From: a virus
Taxonomy: Duplodnaviria > Caudoviricetes
Length of the DNA stretch: 64,000 nt
Virus record (IMG/VR): IMGVR_UViG_3300027759_000001
Reading direction: 5' to 3' (one strand)
Shown here: piece after piece, positions 30,254 to 40,747 of the stretch
Numbering within the stretch: the first letter of the stretch is position 1
How the letters are laid out: each line of letters begins with the position of its first letter
Made by a program: the position numbers and the translations under genes
The notes under the pieces: generated by a model
What the model saw: only the letters and a program-made list of their open reading frames with translations
Database searches by the model: none
Told to the model about the DNA's origin: nothing

Positions 30254-30664
30254 ATGACAAAAGTTAGAATTTATTTAGATGATGTTCGTACACCAGTAGA
30301 CCCAAGTTGGGTTGTTGTTCGTTCTTACGATGAGTTTGTTCAAAAGATAAACTCAATTGGGATGGAGAACATTGAATTGATATCGTTAGATCACGACTTA
30401 GGTGATACTGCAATGAGAGAATGGCATTATGGTGTTGTAAAAAACTATACAATCAATTACGATAACATCACAGAAAAAACTGGTATGGATTGTACCAAAT
30501 GGTTGGTTAACCAATGGTTGGATGGTAAACCTGTTGTGGAAGTTGTGGTTCACTCTGCAAATGCCGTTGGTAGTGGTAATATGATGGGATATATCAACAA
30601 TTACAGACACTTAAGTAGATTGCCTCAGAATTGTGTAAGAGTACAAATAGAACATACAGTATAA
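30254..30664 (+). CDS. cyclic-phosphate-processing receiver-domain protein
   Basis: IYLDDVR, ISLDHDLG, TGMDCTKWL, VHSANAVG. Confidence 0.82.
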   Translation: MTKVRIYLDDVRTPVDPSWVVVRSYDEFVQKINSIGMENIELISLDHDLGDTAMREWHYGVVKNYTINYDNITEKTGMDCTKWLVNQWLDGKPVVEVVVHSANAVGSGNMMGYINNYRHLSRLPQNCVRVQIEHTV

Positions 30665-30813
30665 TGATGACGGACGAAGAAAAGGATAATAGAATAAAAG
30701 AACTTGAGGAATTTCTTGAAGATGTTATTGAACATCCTTATATGTGTGGGTCCTCAATATGGGAAGAAGGTCGTAAATTACTAAACAAAGAAGAAGGTGA
30801 ACAAATTAGATAA
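30664..30813 (+). CDS. hypothetical protein
   Basis: Short ORF. Confidence 0.55.
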   Translation: MMTDEEKDNRIKELEEFLEDVIEHPYMCGSSIWEEGRKLLNKEEGEQIR

Positions 30814-31933
30814 ACAATACCAAGATTTACTCCAAACTATTTTAGATTACGGAGTTGAAAAACAGGATAGAACAGGTACAGGAACCAAAAGTATTTTTGG
30901 TTATACTATTCGTCATAATATGCAAGATGGGTTTCCAGTTCTTACAACTAAGAAAATGGCTTGGAAAACTATGGTGACCGAGTTGTTATGGTTCTTGAGT
31001 GGTGATACAAACATCAAGTTCCTTGTTGATAACAATTGTCATATTTGGGATGGTGATGCTTATAAGAACTATTGTAAAATTGTAGGGTCTATTGAAGAAC
31101 CTGATTATAGTGTTCATGTTGATGACCCTAACCAAAATTGTACTAGGTTAATGACTATGGAAGAGTTCATCGACAAAATCAAGACAGATGATGAGTTTGC
31201 TAAGAAGTGGGGTGACCTCGGACCTGTGTATGGCAAGCAATGGAGAGATTGGGGAAGTAAAAAAAGATATGGTGACTATGAACCTCCAATGTATGGTGGT
31301 ATAGACCAAATCCAAAATCTAATCAATGACCTTAAGAACAATCCAGACTCAAGACGATTAATGGTTAATGCTTGGAATGTCGGAGAATTAGACCAAATGG
31401 TTCTTCCACCTTGTCATTATGGATTTCAAGTTTATACAAGAGAGTTGAGTGCTAGTGAAAGAATCACGTATAAAAACACTAAACAAATTAATTTATTGGA
31501 TTCAAATGAACTGTTTGATTTTATAAAAAGTAATGTTAGTATAGATTTAGATAATGAGGTTCATAAAGAATGTGACAAATTTAATATTCCAACCAGAGCA
31601 ATCTCTTTAATGTGGAATCAACGTTCAGTAGATACATTCTTAGGTTTACCATTTAATATCGCATCTTATGGGTTATTACTCACAATTTTGGCAAAAGAAG
31701 TTGACATGATTCCTGACCAATTGATTGGAAATTTAGGTGATACTCACTTATACTTAAATCATATTGAACAAGCGAAAGAACAGATCGGTAGAGAACCATT
31801 TCAATTACCAACACTAAATCAGTTCCCAACCTATGAAGGTTCAAGACCAAGTATTGAATCTTATGTGGTAGGTGATTTTACCCTTAAAGATTATCAATCA
31901 CACGAAACAATTAAAGCACTTTTATCAAATTAA
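30797..31933 (+). CDS. thyA: thymidylate synthase (with insertions)
   Basis: DRTGTGT, FPVLTTKK, GPVYGKQWR, PDSRR, LPPCH, NQRSVDTFLGLPFNIASY, DTHLYLNH; GTG start. Confidence 0.96.
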   Translation: MNKLDKQYQDLLQTILDYGVEKQDRTGTGTKSIFGYTIRHNMQDGFPVLTTKKMAWKTMVTELLWFLSGDTNIKFLVDNNCHIWDGDAYKNYCKIVGSIEEPDYSVHVDDPNQNCTRLMTMEEFIDKIKTDDEFAKKWGDLGPVYGKQWRDWGSKKRYGDYEPPMYGGIDQIQNLINDLKNNPDSRRLMVNAWNVGELDQMVLPPCHYGFQVYTRELSASERITYKNTKQINLLDSNELFDFIKSNVSIDLDNEVHKECDKFNIPTRAISLMWNQRSVDTFLGLPFNIASYGLLLTILAKEVDMIPDQLIGNLGDTHLYLNHIEQAKEQIGREPFQLPTLNQFPTYEGSRPSIESYVVGDFTLKDYQSHETIKALLSN

Positions 31934-31937
31934 AATT

Positions 31938-32174
31938 ATGAACGAACAAAACAATTGGAATGATCCACAATTATCTGATGGAGATTTCCCACAATTAAAC
32001 AAAACAAAATTCCAAGTTGGGGACAAGGCGGTTAAATTAAAAGGATATAAATTTCCTTGTACCATTGTATCGGTATTCAAAACCGTAGATGGAAACGTTA
32101 GAATCGTTGGGGAGATGGACGAGTACGGACTTCTACATATCTTCAACGAGGATCAATTAGAACACATAAAATAA
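31938..32174 (+). CDS. hypothetical SH3-like protein
   Basis: FQVGDKAVKLKGYKFPCTIV. Confidence 0.7.
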   Translation: MNEQNNWNDPQLSDGDFPQLNKTKFQVGDKAVKLKGYKFPCTIVSVFKTVDGNVRIVGEMDEYGLLHIFNEDQLEHIK

Positions 32175-32189
32175 AAAAATTAAAAAAAA

Positions 32190-32498
32190 ATGACAGAAAA
32201 AATTATATTAAAAGAAACAATTACAAAAGGAAAACCTGAGGTAGAAAATAAGCCAAAGAAAAAATATTATAAACCTAGAAAGAAAAGAGAAATAATTGAA
32301 ATGGATATTAAAGACTTAGATGAAAATCATCTTTATGTTAAAAATGGAAGTATTAAATTACCCAAAAAAATAGGTAAATATTGTATTGGTGCAGATGATG
32401 GGTTTTGTATTCACTTTTATAAAAAACCAAATTGGTTACATAGAAAATGTATGAAACTATTTTTAGGTTGGAAATGGAGTGATTATACCAACAAGTAA
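32190..32498 (+). CDS. hypothetical protein
   Basis: ORF. Confidence 0.7.
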   Translation: MTEKIILKETITKGKPEVENKPKKKYYKPRKKREIIEMDIKDLDENHLYVKNGSIKLPKKIGKYCIGADDGFCIHFYKKPNWLHRKCMKLFLGWKWSDYTNK

Positions 32499-32503
32499 AA
32501 ACA

Positions 32504-32749
32504 ATGATAATTCATATTACTCCGGACGAATTTGAACCTGAGTTCCAAGATCCTTGGAAACAGGAACTTATTAAATCACCAATGATTGATTATGCGACAA
32601 ACGCAATACATGGATGGTTTGAAGGTAAAGATGTTATAATATTTAGATTCAAAGATTATGGATTTATTAATGATAATAGGTATAGTACTCGTGAGTTATC
32701 TGTCGGTGCTGCTGGCATAACATTATTAATAAAAAAAAGTAGAGACTAA
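32504..32749 (+). CDS. hypothetical protein
   Basis: ORF. Confidence 0.7.
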   Translation: MIIHITPDEFEPEFQDPWKQELIKSPMIDYATNAIHGWFEGKDVIIFRFKDYGFINDNRYSTRELSVGAAGITLLIKKSRD

Positions 32750-32752
32750 TTA

Positions 32753-33130
32753 ATGGGGGATAAAAAACCTGATAACTATGTTGAGAATCCTGGTATAATG
32801 CCGTATGGTACAGACTTAGGTGCTCCGTCAATTAGACCTGAGAATATTGAAAATTGGAAGAACTCCAAGATCATTAAAGTTAATAAAGAGTTTTCAAATA
32901 GGTATGAGTTTTTAAAAAAACAATATGATGATTTGATTGAAGAATTCAAATGGAATGATATGATTTATGGAAGTAAATTTAATTTTGAACCTGTTGTTGG
33001 TGAAACTTATCATTTATACTATGGACAAAATGGTAAAAAATTTCTATCTTTAATTGAACCGAATCAATGGAACAAAGAACACATTGGTACGTTTACATTA
33101 AACTTTGATAATAAATGGATAAAGATATGA
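32753..33130 (+). CDS. DUF2452-like protein
   Basis: PYGTDLGAPSI, FEPVVGETYHLY, FLSLIEP..W. Confidence 0.75.
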   Translation: MGDKKPDNYVENPGIMPYGTDLGAPSIRPENIENWKNSKIIKVNKEFSNRYEFLKKQYDDLIEEFKWNDMIYGSKFNFEPVVGETYHLYYGQNGKKFLSLIEPNQWNKEHIGTFTLNFDNKWIKI

Positions 33131-33273
33131 ATAACAGGGTTGAATTTTTTGGTGATATATTTAAAGGGATTGGTTTAGGTCTAACATTTGGATATGAATA
33201 TAAACTTTTAGTATGTTCAGCAACATTTTTATGTTTTAATTTTTATATTGAGGTATATTTGGGAAAAAAGTAG
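33127..33273 (+). CDS. 48-aa hypothetical protein
   Basis: Hand translation, ATGA overlap. Confidence 0.6.
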   Translation: MNNRVEFFGDIFKGIGLGLTFGYEYKLLVCSATFLCFNFYIEVYLGKK

Positions 33274-33285
33274 TATATTTGTATT

Positions 33286-33978
33286 ATGAAATTAACTATC
33301 ATATCAGACACTCACGGAAAACACAAACACGTACACCACGATTTACCTGGTGGCGATTTGTTGTTACACGCAGGTGACATCAGTTCTATGGGTTACGAAC
33401 ACGAGATCACTCAGTTTGCGGGTTGGTATGACAAAATCGTAACCTACGATCACAAAGTATTTATTGCGGGTAATCACGATTGGGGATTCCAAAACAATGT
33501 TGAGAAAGTAAAAGGTATCTTGACAGGTTACAAAACTATTGAATATATCCAAGATGAGTTAATGACCATCCAAGATGGTGATGGACCTGAGATTAAAATT
33601 TGGGGATCTCCTTGGCAACCTGAGTTCTACAATTGGGCATTTAACTTACCAAAAAATGGTGAAGAGTTGAAAGCAAAATGGGATATGATTCCTGAAGGAA
33701 TTGATATCTTAATTACTCACGGACCGGCTTGGGGAATATTAGATGATGTTGAAGGTAACCGCAATGTTCATTTGGGTTGTGAATTACTTGCTGAGAAAAT
33801 CAAACAAATCAAACCTAAAATCCACATCTGTGGTCACATCCATACAGGACACGGACATTACTTTGATGGTCACACACATTACTTCAATGCGTCTGTATTG
33901 AACGAGCAATATCTTTATTCTAAGTCACCTTGGAATATTGATTGGGATCCTATAACTAATGAAATTAATTTTTTATAA
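33286..33978 (+). CDS. metallophosphoesterase (MPPED-like)
   Basis: ISDTHG, HAGD, IAGNHD, ITHGP, CGHIH. Confidence 0.92.
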   Translation: MKLTIISDTHGKHKHVHHDLPGGDLLLHAGDISSMGYEHEITQFAGWYDKIVTYDHKVFIAGNHDWGFQNNVEKVKGILTGYKTIEYIQDELMTIQDGDGPEIKIWGSPWQPEFYNWAFNLPKNGEELKAKWDMIPEGIDILITHGPAWGILDDVEGNRNVHLGCELLAEKIKQIKPKIHICGHIHTGHGHYFDGHTHYFNASVLNEQYLYSKSPWNIDWDPITNEINFL

Positions 33979-34478
33979 TGGAACAACCAAGAATAATCAA
34001 CAACAGAATATTCTACGATGAGAGAGGATCATTTAGTCCTCTTTCGTTGTTTGAATTAGATAAAGAATGGAAACAAAGTAACATTAGTGTAAACCCAAAA
34101 AAGTTCACATTAAGAGGATTACATTATCAAAGTGGTGAAACTGCTCAGGCTAAATTAGTAAAGGTCATCAATGGAAGAATTTTAGATTTTGTAGTAGATT
34201 TAAGGGTACATCTCAGACCATATAATAACTGTCAATTTTTTGAAATGAATGGTGGTGATGAATTAATTGTACCAAGAGGATTTGCTCATGGGTTTATAAC
34301 TTTAGAGGAAAACACCATTGTTCAGTATTTGGTTGATAATGATTATAACCCAAAAACTGAAGGATCTTTATTGTGGTCTTCATTTTCTGACATTAAAAAT
34401 AAGATATTAAGGTTGGATAGTACGTTTGATATTTCCAACATAATTATATCACAGAAGGATTTGGTTGAAAAATCATAA
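33978..34478 (+). CDS. rmlC: dTDP-4-dehydrorhamnose 3,5-epimerase
   Basis: DERGSF, TLRGLHYQ, QAKLV, VPRGFAHGF. Confidence 0.95.
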   Translation: MEQPRIINNRIFYDERGSFSPLSLFELDKEWKQSNISVNPKKFTLRGLHYQSGETAQAKLVKVINGRILDFVVDLRVHLRPYNNCQFFEMNGGDELIVPRGFAHGFITLEENTIVQYLVDNDYNPKTEGSLLWSSFSDIKNKILRLDSTFDISNIIISQKDLVEKS

Positions 34479-34506
34479 ACTTTGATATATTTATTAATAA
34501 AAAACT

Positions 34507-35037
34507 ATGGAAAAAGATTTAACAGAAAAATTGTTTGAAGAATTAAAAAAACAAGGAATTTACGAACAGGAAGATACTATTGAAGATGATGAAAATGATG
34601 AAGAGGATGATGATGATGAAGAAGAAGAAGAAGAAGAGGATAACAACGACGATACAGAATCTTCCAACCATAATGAAGATTTCTGTGAAATGGTTTGTCA
34701 AATATTACATTCACAAACACAAATTCATATTTTCCATTTAGGGACTAAATCATATTCTGAGCACAAAGCCTTACAAAAATATTACGAAGGGATTGATGTG
34801 CTTGTTGATGGTGTGATAGAGTCTTATCAAGGTAAGTACGGTCTTTTAACTAATTACAAATCATTTAAGAATCAATCTTATAAAAACAAAAACCAAGTAT
34901 TAAAATACTTTACAAGTTTATTGAATGTGATTGAGGAAAATAGAGATTCGGTTGACGATAGTTATATCCAAAATCAAATAGATACAATTCAGGAACTAAT
35001 AAATTCTACTCTTTACAAATTAAAATTCCTTAAATAA
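34507..35037 (+). CDS. ferritin/Dps-like (DUF5856-type) protein with acidic N-terminus
   Basis: HIFHLGTKSYSEHKALQKYYEGI..ESYQG...LYKLKFL. Confidence 0.8.
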   Translation: MEKDLTEKLFEELKKQGIYEQEDTIEDDENDEEDDDDEEEEEEEDNNDDTESSNHNEDFCEMVCQILHSQTQIHIFHLGTKSYSEHKALQKYYEGIDVLVDGVIESYQGKYGLLTNYKSFKNQSYKNKNQVLKYFTSLLNVIEENRDSVDDSYIQNQIDTIQELINSTLYKLKFLK

Positions 35038-35394
35038 ATGAAACAATCAGTGTTATCTGAGAATGAAGAAATATCTTCACAACACGAGGATATTGATAGT
35101 AAATTGTTTTATTTCTTAATGAGAAGACTTAAGGTTAGCCAACGAGAGTTAGGTAGTAATTTGGGTGATTATGAACCATTAAAAGTTACGGAATACAAAT
35201 TTGAAGGATTCCCTGGTTATGGTTTTACAGATTATGTACCAAAAAAAAGGATGGAAACAAAAATTATTGAGATGTTATCTGAAAACGATATAACTGATTA
35301 TATTTACGATATGGATGAACAAAATCCCGAAAGAGTTAAAATTGTTAAGACAATAAGAAAATTTTTAAATTTTATGTTGTCAGATCAAAAATAA
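35038..35394 (+). CDS. hypothetical protein
   Basis: ORF. Confidence 0.7.
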   Translation: MKQSVLSENEEISSQHEDIDSKLFYFLMRRLKVSQRELGSNLGDYEPLKVTEYKFEGFPGYGFTDYVPKKRMETKIIEMLSENDITDYIYDMDEQNPERVKIVKTIRKFLNFMLSDQK

Positions 35395-35439
35395 ATTTGT
35401 ATATTTGTAGAAGTATTAATTAAAACAAAAAATAAAAAA

Positions 35440-35676
35440 ATGGGAAAAGGTTCAACAAAAGGTCGTTACATTTGTAAAGTTGGTTTTTTAGATGTTTATG
35501 CTGCAGACGCAATGAGAAAACAACCAGGTAGAGGTGATAAAAAAGAAGTTGGTTCAACTACTTATCAAATCGTACATGGTAAGAATATTAAAGAGCGTGG
35601 AATGAAAACAAAAGACATGGCTATTGAAAAAGCTTTGGAGTTGTTAGGTGATAAGAAACTTAACTACGGATTATAA
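35440..35676 (+). CDS. basic hypothetical protein
   Basis: ORF after promoter 35400. Confidence 0.75.
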   Translation: MGKGSTKGRYICKVGFLDVYAADAMRKQPGRGDKKEVGSTTYQIVHGKNIKERGMKTKDMAIEKALELLGDKKLNYGL

Positions 35677-35680
35677 AAAG

Positions 35681-35707
35681 AAAGTCGGACTTAGATCCGA
35701 CTTTTTT
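35681..35707. terminator. bidirectional terminator
   Basis: AAAGTCGGA-cttaga-TCCGACTTT. Confidence 0.85.
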
Positions 35708-36677
35708 ATTTATTATAAGTTATATTAACCATTATATTTTGAGACACATCTCTTCCTAACATTTCTGTAAATGATCTTTCAAAATAAGAGGTAACTGATG
35801 TCTTTAAATATTCTTTTGTAACACCAACCATATTATCTGTAAAGAAATCACCAGCCTCTCTATCTATCTTATTGTTATTTATCTTATCAACCTTATTAAT
35901 GTTTATATCTACCTCAGGCATTTTTTCATTAAATCTTACACCTGTATAATAGAATGAAAGTTTTAATCTTGGAAACCAACCAGCTCTAATTGTTTGTAAT
36001 GTACGTGAATCAATTAAGTTATCTATTGTTTCTGTAAACTTATTATTTTTATTTACGATTAACTGATCTGGTTTAATTGCTCCTTTTCTAATTTCACCCA
36101 TTTCATCTTTAGAACAAATTAACATTTCTTTACCTATTTTACTATTCCATCTTGTTGGTCTAGTGTTGTTCATTTGTTTTCCTGTTGAAGATGAATATGA
36201 TCCAGAAACCTCAAACCATTTTTTGTATTTGTAAATGTATATTGGGTACCAACCATATGAAAGAACAATATATCCCCAATCACTTTTACCATCTTGTTCC
36301 CATCTACCTTCTAAGTTAGATCCCTTAAATGGTAGTAGTTCTGATACTCTTTCAGAGGCATTTGTATTAGTTACTTTTTTAGCTTTTAAGTTGTGAACTT
36401 GTTTAAGTTCACTTGTTTTAGTGTCCTCATAGTTACCATCTTCTCTATAGTTCTGAGTATACCTATTATATAGTTCAAAAAAGTCGTCAAGTTTAAAACC
36501 AAAAGATGACGCATTACTTTGAATAAACTTATTTATTTGTTGTGATGTAGGGTTTGCGGATTCTTTATATTCATTTATAAATTTAAAGAATATTACTTCT
36601 CTTTTAGTAAACGCTTTATCGGCAACTTCCTCTAACAATACTTTTTTAATTATACTATGTAATCCTATATCTTTCAT
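35706..36677 (-). CDS. hypothetical protein with leader
   Basis: IIKKVLLEE leader; TATTTAT upstream. Confidence 0.8.
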   Translation of the reverse strand: MKDIGLHSIIKKVLLEEVADKAFTKREVIFFKFINEYKESANPTSQQINKFIQSNASSFGFKLDDFFELYNRYTQNYREDGNYEDTKTSELKQVHNLKAKKVTNTNASERVSELLPFKGSNLEGRWEQDGKSDWGYIVLSYGWYPIYIYKYKKWFEVSGSYSSSTGKQMNNTRPTRWNSKIGKEMLICSKDEMGEIRKGAIKPDQLIVNKNNKFTETIDNLIDSRTLQTIRAGWFPRLKLSFYYTGVRFNEKMPEVDININKVDKINNNKIDREAGDFFTDNMVGVTKEYLKTSVTSYFERSFTEMLGRDVSQNIMVNITYNK

Positions 36678-36753
36678 ACTCTATATAAATATGTTGATAT
36701 ACATATAGTTTTTCCTTTTATGTTATATTTATTGTATAACAATTAATTAAACT

Positions 36754-38754
36754 ATGGATAATAAATTAGATTATTACCTATCTAAGATAGAAAGACAATT
36801 AGATTTTCACAGAGGGTTACATTTATTTGAAATGGAAATGAATCCTAATTTTACAAATAAAGCAGTTTTTCTAAAAGAAAGTCAGGAAGAATATATTACT
36901 AATTTATTTGGTGATAATAAAAACATTAGAGAAAGTTATAACAGAGAATTTAATAATGTTCTTGTTGAATCTACATTCAACCCAAAGGATGAGGTTAAAA
37001 AATTCTTTTCATTTTTAAAAGAAAATTATATTAATGAAATAAATAAAACAAATCTAATAAATGAACAATCAAGTAAAACATTTATAAACGAACAATGGCA
37101 AAGAGGTTCAGATCCAGTAGGGTATTGGACAATTTTATTTAACCTACTTAAAGCGGCTGGAATAGGTGTTAAATGGGAAGTTGCAAATAATCCGGCAAAA
37201 TCTACATTCATGTATTGGGGACCTTGGGTTATATCAAAAGACATTAATAAAAATGGTGGGTGGCCTGTTAGTTTTACTAGTACGGATAAAAAACTTTGGT
37301 TGTTTAAATTTTCAGGTGGTAAATATGTCGGTCAACCTTTAGCGAATGTTGATTTAGAGTCTAAATATATTGGAACTAAATTTAACTTAGGTGTATGGGG
37401 TAAACTTACTGCAGCCAATGTAACACCACAATTTAACAAGTTATTTATTACCAAACCAAAAGTAGTAGTACCAAAGGCAACGGCTCAAGATTTACAGATA
37501 GGTCAAAAAGTATTTAATGAATTAAAATATGCCTTTGACGGTATGGGAACTTATGAAAACGAGGCCGTAGCGGCATTTAATAAAATAAAAAATAAATTCC
37601 AACTAGATGAACTAAATAGATTAGTTAAATCAAGAGGAGACTTTCCGAATGTATATGAATGGTTAAAGGATGAGATGAGTGATTATGACTACACACAATA
37701 CAGGGCAATATGGGATAGACTTAAAAGTATTGATAAAACAGTCGTAGCACCAAAAGTAAATAATGCATTAAGGGTGGCATCCGCGGTTGGTGATGTTACG
37801 GGAGTGAATGCGGTTGTTTCTGCAGGTGAGAAGGTTGGGACGGCTATTAAGGCAGGATTTACGTGGTTAAAAGATAAAGGTTTACCTTGGTTCATGGAAA
37901 AATTAAGAGAGGGTCTTAGTAGTACTGGAGGTGCAATTTTACAACAACTATTAAATTATACAGGTGTTGGTGCAATTGGTACTACGATATTATGGGCGGC
38001 ATTAACATTGTTTGATGTGTTTGAAATTTCTACAGGAATTGGTTCTTGGGCTAAATTAATATTTAGTGTTTTAGGATTGTTAACTGCGGGAGCGTTAGCA
38101 AAAACCATTGGTGGATTCCTTAAACCTTTATTTAAAAGTACTGGTGGTACTATAACCAAGTTTATTACATCAATTGCAGAAAAACCTTGGTTTATAAAAT
38201 ATATTAAACCAATAGTTGGTTGGATTGGAGGTAAACTAGGTTGGGCCGCAGGTTTATTAAAACAAGCTGGTGATTGGGTTGTTAAAAAACTTGGAGCAAC
38301 TACCATCGGTGGTATGGTTACTACGGGGGTTAAATGGTTAGGGCAAATATCTGAAAATTTAATTAAATTTGCTGGTTTTGAGAGTAAACAAACAACTGCG
38401 TATCTTGCAAAAAAAGATTTACAAAATCAAGGTAAAAAATTAGCAGCAAAAGCGGTTGTAGATCCAACAGTAAAGTATGGTAAAGACAAATTTGCGCAAG
38501 GTGCTGGATATGTTGGTGGTGAAAAGGCTAAAACTGCGGTTGAATTAGGTTATAATATAAAAGATTTAACTAAAAAACCACAAGATATAATTAAGCCTTT
38601 AAAGAAAAAGATTGATATAAAAAATCTTAGTAAATCTGGAGATGAAGTTATAAAAACATATGATAAATTTGGTAAAGTAATTGATCAAACCACCCAACTC
38701 GCAAGTAATGAACCTGTAGTTCCTGTTAAAAAGGTTACGGAACCTTTAGGATAA
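36754..38754 (+). CDS. large protein: multi-LxE N-terminus, annexin-like repeat, amphipathic/hydrophobic helical region
   Basis: LKYAFDGMGTYENEAV; GVGAIGTTILWAALTLFD...WAKLIFSVLGLLTAGAL. Confidence 0.8.
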   Translation: MDNKLDYYLSKIERQLDFHRGLHLFEMEMNPNFTNKAVFLKESQEEYITNLFGDNKNIRESYNREFNNVLVESTFNPKDEVKKFFSFLKENYINEINKTNLINEQSSKTFINEQWQRGSDPVGYWTILFNLLKAAGIGVKWEVANNPAKSTFMYWGPWVISKDINKNGGWPVSFTSTDKKLWLFKFSGGKYVGQPLANVDLESKYIGTKFNLGVWGKLTAANVTPQFNKLFITKPKVVVPKATAQDLQIGQKVFNELKYAFDGMGTYENEAVAAFNKIKNKFQLDELNRLVKSRGDFPNVYEWLKDEMSDYDYTQYRAIWDRLKSIDKTVVAPKVNNALRVASAVGDVTGVNAVVSAGEKVGTAIKAGFTWLKDKGLPWFMEKLREGLSSTGGAILQQLLNYTGVGAIGTTILWAALTLFDVFEISTGIGSWAKLIFSVLGLLTAGALAKTIGGFLKPLFKSTGGTITKFITSIAEKPWFIKYIKPIVGWIGGKLGWAAGLLKQAGDWVVKKLGATTIGGMVTTGVKWLGQISENLIKFAGFESKQTTAYLAKKDLQNQGKKLAAKAVVDPTVKYGKDKFAQGAGYVGGEKAKTAVELGYNIKDLTKKPQDIIKPLKKKIDIKNLSKSGDEVIKTYDKFGKVIDQTTQLASNEPVVPVKKVTEPLG

Positions 38755-38755
38755 T

Positions 38756-38956
38756 CTATTTTTTCTTATAGTTGTCCCAAAACTTTTTTAGTTCAACTTT
38801 ATTATATTTTTTGGATTCACTATCCCAACCACATGAATGACATAAATAAGGGTGTTTATCACCCTTTTCTTTTTTCCATGAGTGATCACATTTAGAACAT
38901 TTAATTTCATTTCCAAATAATATATCGGCTTGTTTCTCTGTGATTATAATTTTCAT
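38756..38956 (-). CDS. small Zn-finger protein with MKIIITE leader
   Basis: CSKCDH...CHSCGW. Confidence 0.75.
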   Translation of the reverse strand: MKIIITEKQADILFGNEIKCSKCDHSWKKEKGDKHPYLCHSCGWDSESKKYNKVELKKFWDNYKKK

Positions 38957-39019
38957 ATTAAATAAATATCACTACAATTACATAATAAAATTAACTATTA
39001 TATAAAAAAATCATTTGTC

Positions 39020-39373
39020 ATGGCACACCCATTAATACACGCAAAAAGTTCTGTTAAAAAATACGGAGGTAAGGAAGAAGATTATATCCATTTACATAAT
39101 TGGTTAGATGAAACCAAGGCGTGGGTTGGAAATTCATTACACAGGATGTTTAGACACCACTCAGAGGGTATATTTGAGATGGAAAAGATATTCGGATCAT
39201 CATTTATCAATAGTGATGGTAAAGTTGTTTATACACGATATGTGGGAGAAGATCACGTCAAAGAAGATTGTAATAATTATATCCCAAGTGCTCACGATTG
39301 GATAAAGGCGATTGAGTCAAACGAAAGACCAATGTGGATGATACGCACAATGAAGATGAAATTTGACGATTAA
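39020..39373 (+). CDS. DUF6915-like protein
   Basis: HPLIHAKSS, HRMFRHHSEGIF, GEDHVKED. Confidence 0.8.
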   Translation: MAHPLIHAKSSVKKYGGKEEDYIHLHNWLDETKAWVGNSLHRMFRHHSEGIFEMEKIFGSSFINSDGKVVYTRYVGEDHVKEDCNNYIPSAHDWIKAIESNERPMWMIRTMKMKFDD

Positions 39374-39398
39374 CTTATATTTATTATAAAATAGTATT

Positions 39399-40064
39399 AT
39401 GAAAAGATTATTAACATCATTTTTTCTCTTTTTAGAACAATTTGATACACCTGAAGCTAGCGTTTCCTTTGACATGGAGAGTGATGGTATAAGTTGGTGG
39501 AATGAAAAAGTATGGATTAATATACTTCGTAAAGACGTTAACATACCATCTAATTTTTTACCACTTTTTGATATGATTATAGATAACTATGGTCGTGAAA
39601 TATGGGAAGAATCTATGAACGAAGAGGAAGACGATTATTATAGGGCATCAATATCATTTAAAGTTGACCAAAGACTTATGATTATTACTAGTGTAATAAC
39701 AGAAAATGGTGAAGAACCTGCTAGTGATGATTATAATTTAAATAATAATGAGGATGTAAACACATTTTTGGATGAAAACAACCTTGACTCAATCATAATT
39801 GAATATCAGGGTGGTGGAGATGATGGGTATATTGAAAACAAAGGAAAAGATAATAATGATGATGAATATAGTTTAAGTGCAGGAATGGAAGATGTTGTTT
39901 ATTCTTATTTACAACAATCATTTGGTGGTTGGGAAAATAACGAAGGTGCCTACGGTAAAATTACGGTAACTAAAGAGGAAATTCAAATTGATCATATTTG
40001 GAATACTAGAGAAGACGTTGATAGTGATTTACGTCTTGTAATAAAACTTGAAGATGTAGAATGA
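39399..40064 (+). CDS. DUF6878-like acidic protein
   Basis: IEYQGGGDDGYI...WENNEGAYG. Confidence 0.7.
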   Translation: MKRLLTSFFLFLEQFDTPEASVSFDMESDGISWWNEKVWINILRKDVNIPSNFLPLFDMIIDNYGREIWEESMNEEEDDYYRASISFKVDQRLMIITSVITENGEEPASDDYNLNNNEDVNTFLDENNLDSIIIEYQGGGDDGYIENKGKDNNDDEYSLSAGMEDVVYSYLQQSFGGWENNEGAYGKITVTKEEIQIDHIWNTREDVDSDLRLVIKLEDVE

Positions 40065-40735
40065 GCAATAAGATAAATAAAATAGCTCAAGCGATATTCA
40101 TTTATCTTGAAGACATTGGTCCTTGTGAGGTATCGGTTCATTGTTATGATGAGGATATTGAACAAGTGGGATCATTCCAACCTACAGTTTTGTTTGATGG
40201 TCAAACTCATAATAGAGATAAAAAAGTACCTATGATTGGTACTTTTCGTAATTTCTTTATGGAATATACTGAAGACCATATGGGTGATTTAATTAGTCGT
40301 GTTGATTTTGATATCAATGATTATCATGAATTAGTTTTTAGAATATATCCTGAAGAAAAAAAGATAGACATTAAAAGTTATTGTTATTTTATTGAATACT
40401 CACCATTTGAATATAAATATGAGGAAACTCCTGAACATATTGTTGAAATGATGGATGAAGATAATGTTAGTTGGTTTAAAGTTGAGTTTTGGGGTGGTCA
40501 TGATGATTATTCATTTGATTATAGTAATATGGAAGGTGATGCAGATCCAGGTTTTGTTAGACAATTTGAGGACTATTTTGTTAAATATTTGGATAAAAAA
40601 ACTTCAAAATCTTGGTGGCAGGATCAAGGATCTGAAGGGGAATTCCATGTTAACAGGAACACAATTGATCTTGAATTAAATTTAAAAGATGAAGAGTTTA
40701 GATCTAGTGGATTCCACAAAGAAATTAAATTGTGA
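40061..40735 (+). CDS. tandem paralog of 39399-40064
   Basis: VEFWGGHDDYSF...WQDQGSEGEF. Confidence 0.7.
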   Translation: MSNKINKIAQAIFIYLEDIGPCEVSVHCYDEDIEQVGSFQPTVLFDGQTHNRDKKVPMIGTFRNFFMEYTEDHMGDLISRVDFDINDYHELVFRIYPEEKKIDIKSYCYFIEYSPFEYKYEETPEHIVEMMDEDNVSWFKVEFWGGHDDYSFDYSNMEGDADPGFVRQFEDYFVKYLDKKTSKSWWQDQGSEGEFHVNRNTIDLELNLKDEEFRSSGFHKEIKL

Positions 40736-40747
40736 TATTTATAAATT

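Noticed and set aside
23685-38306. Ala/Pro-rich antisense ORFs (23685-23975, 37956-38306) and similar short overlaps throughout the track
   Set aside because: Fully nested opposite to, or out of frame within, well-supported genes; expected shadows.
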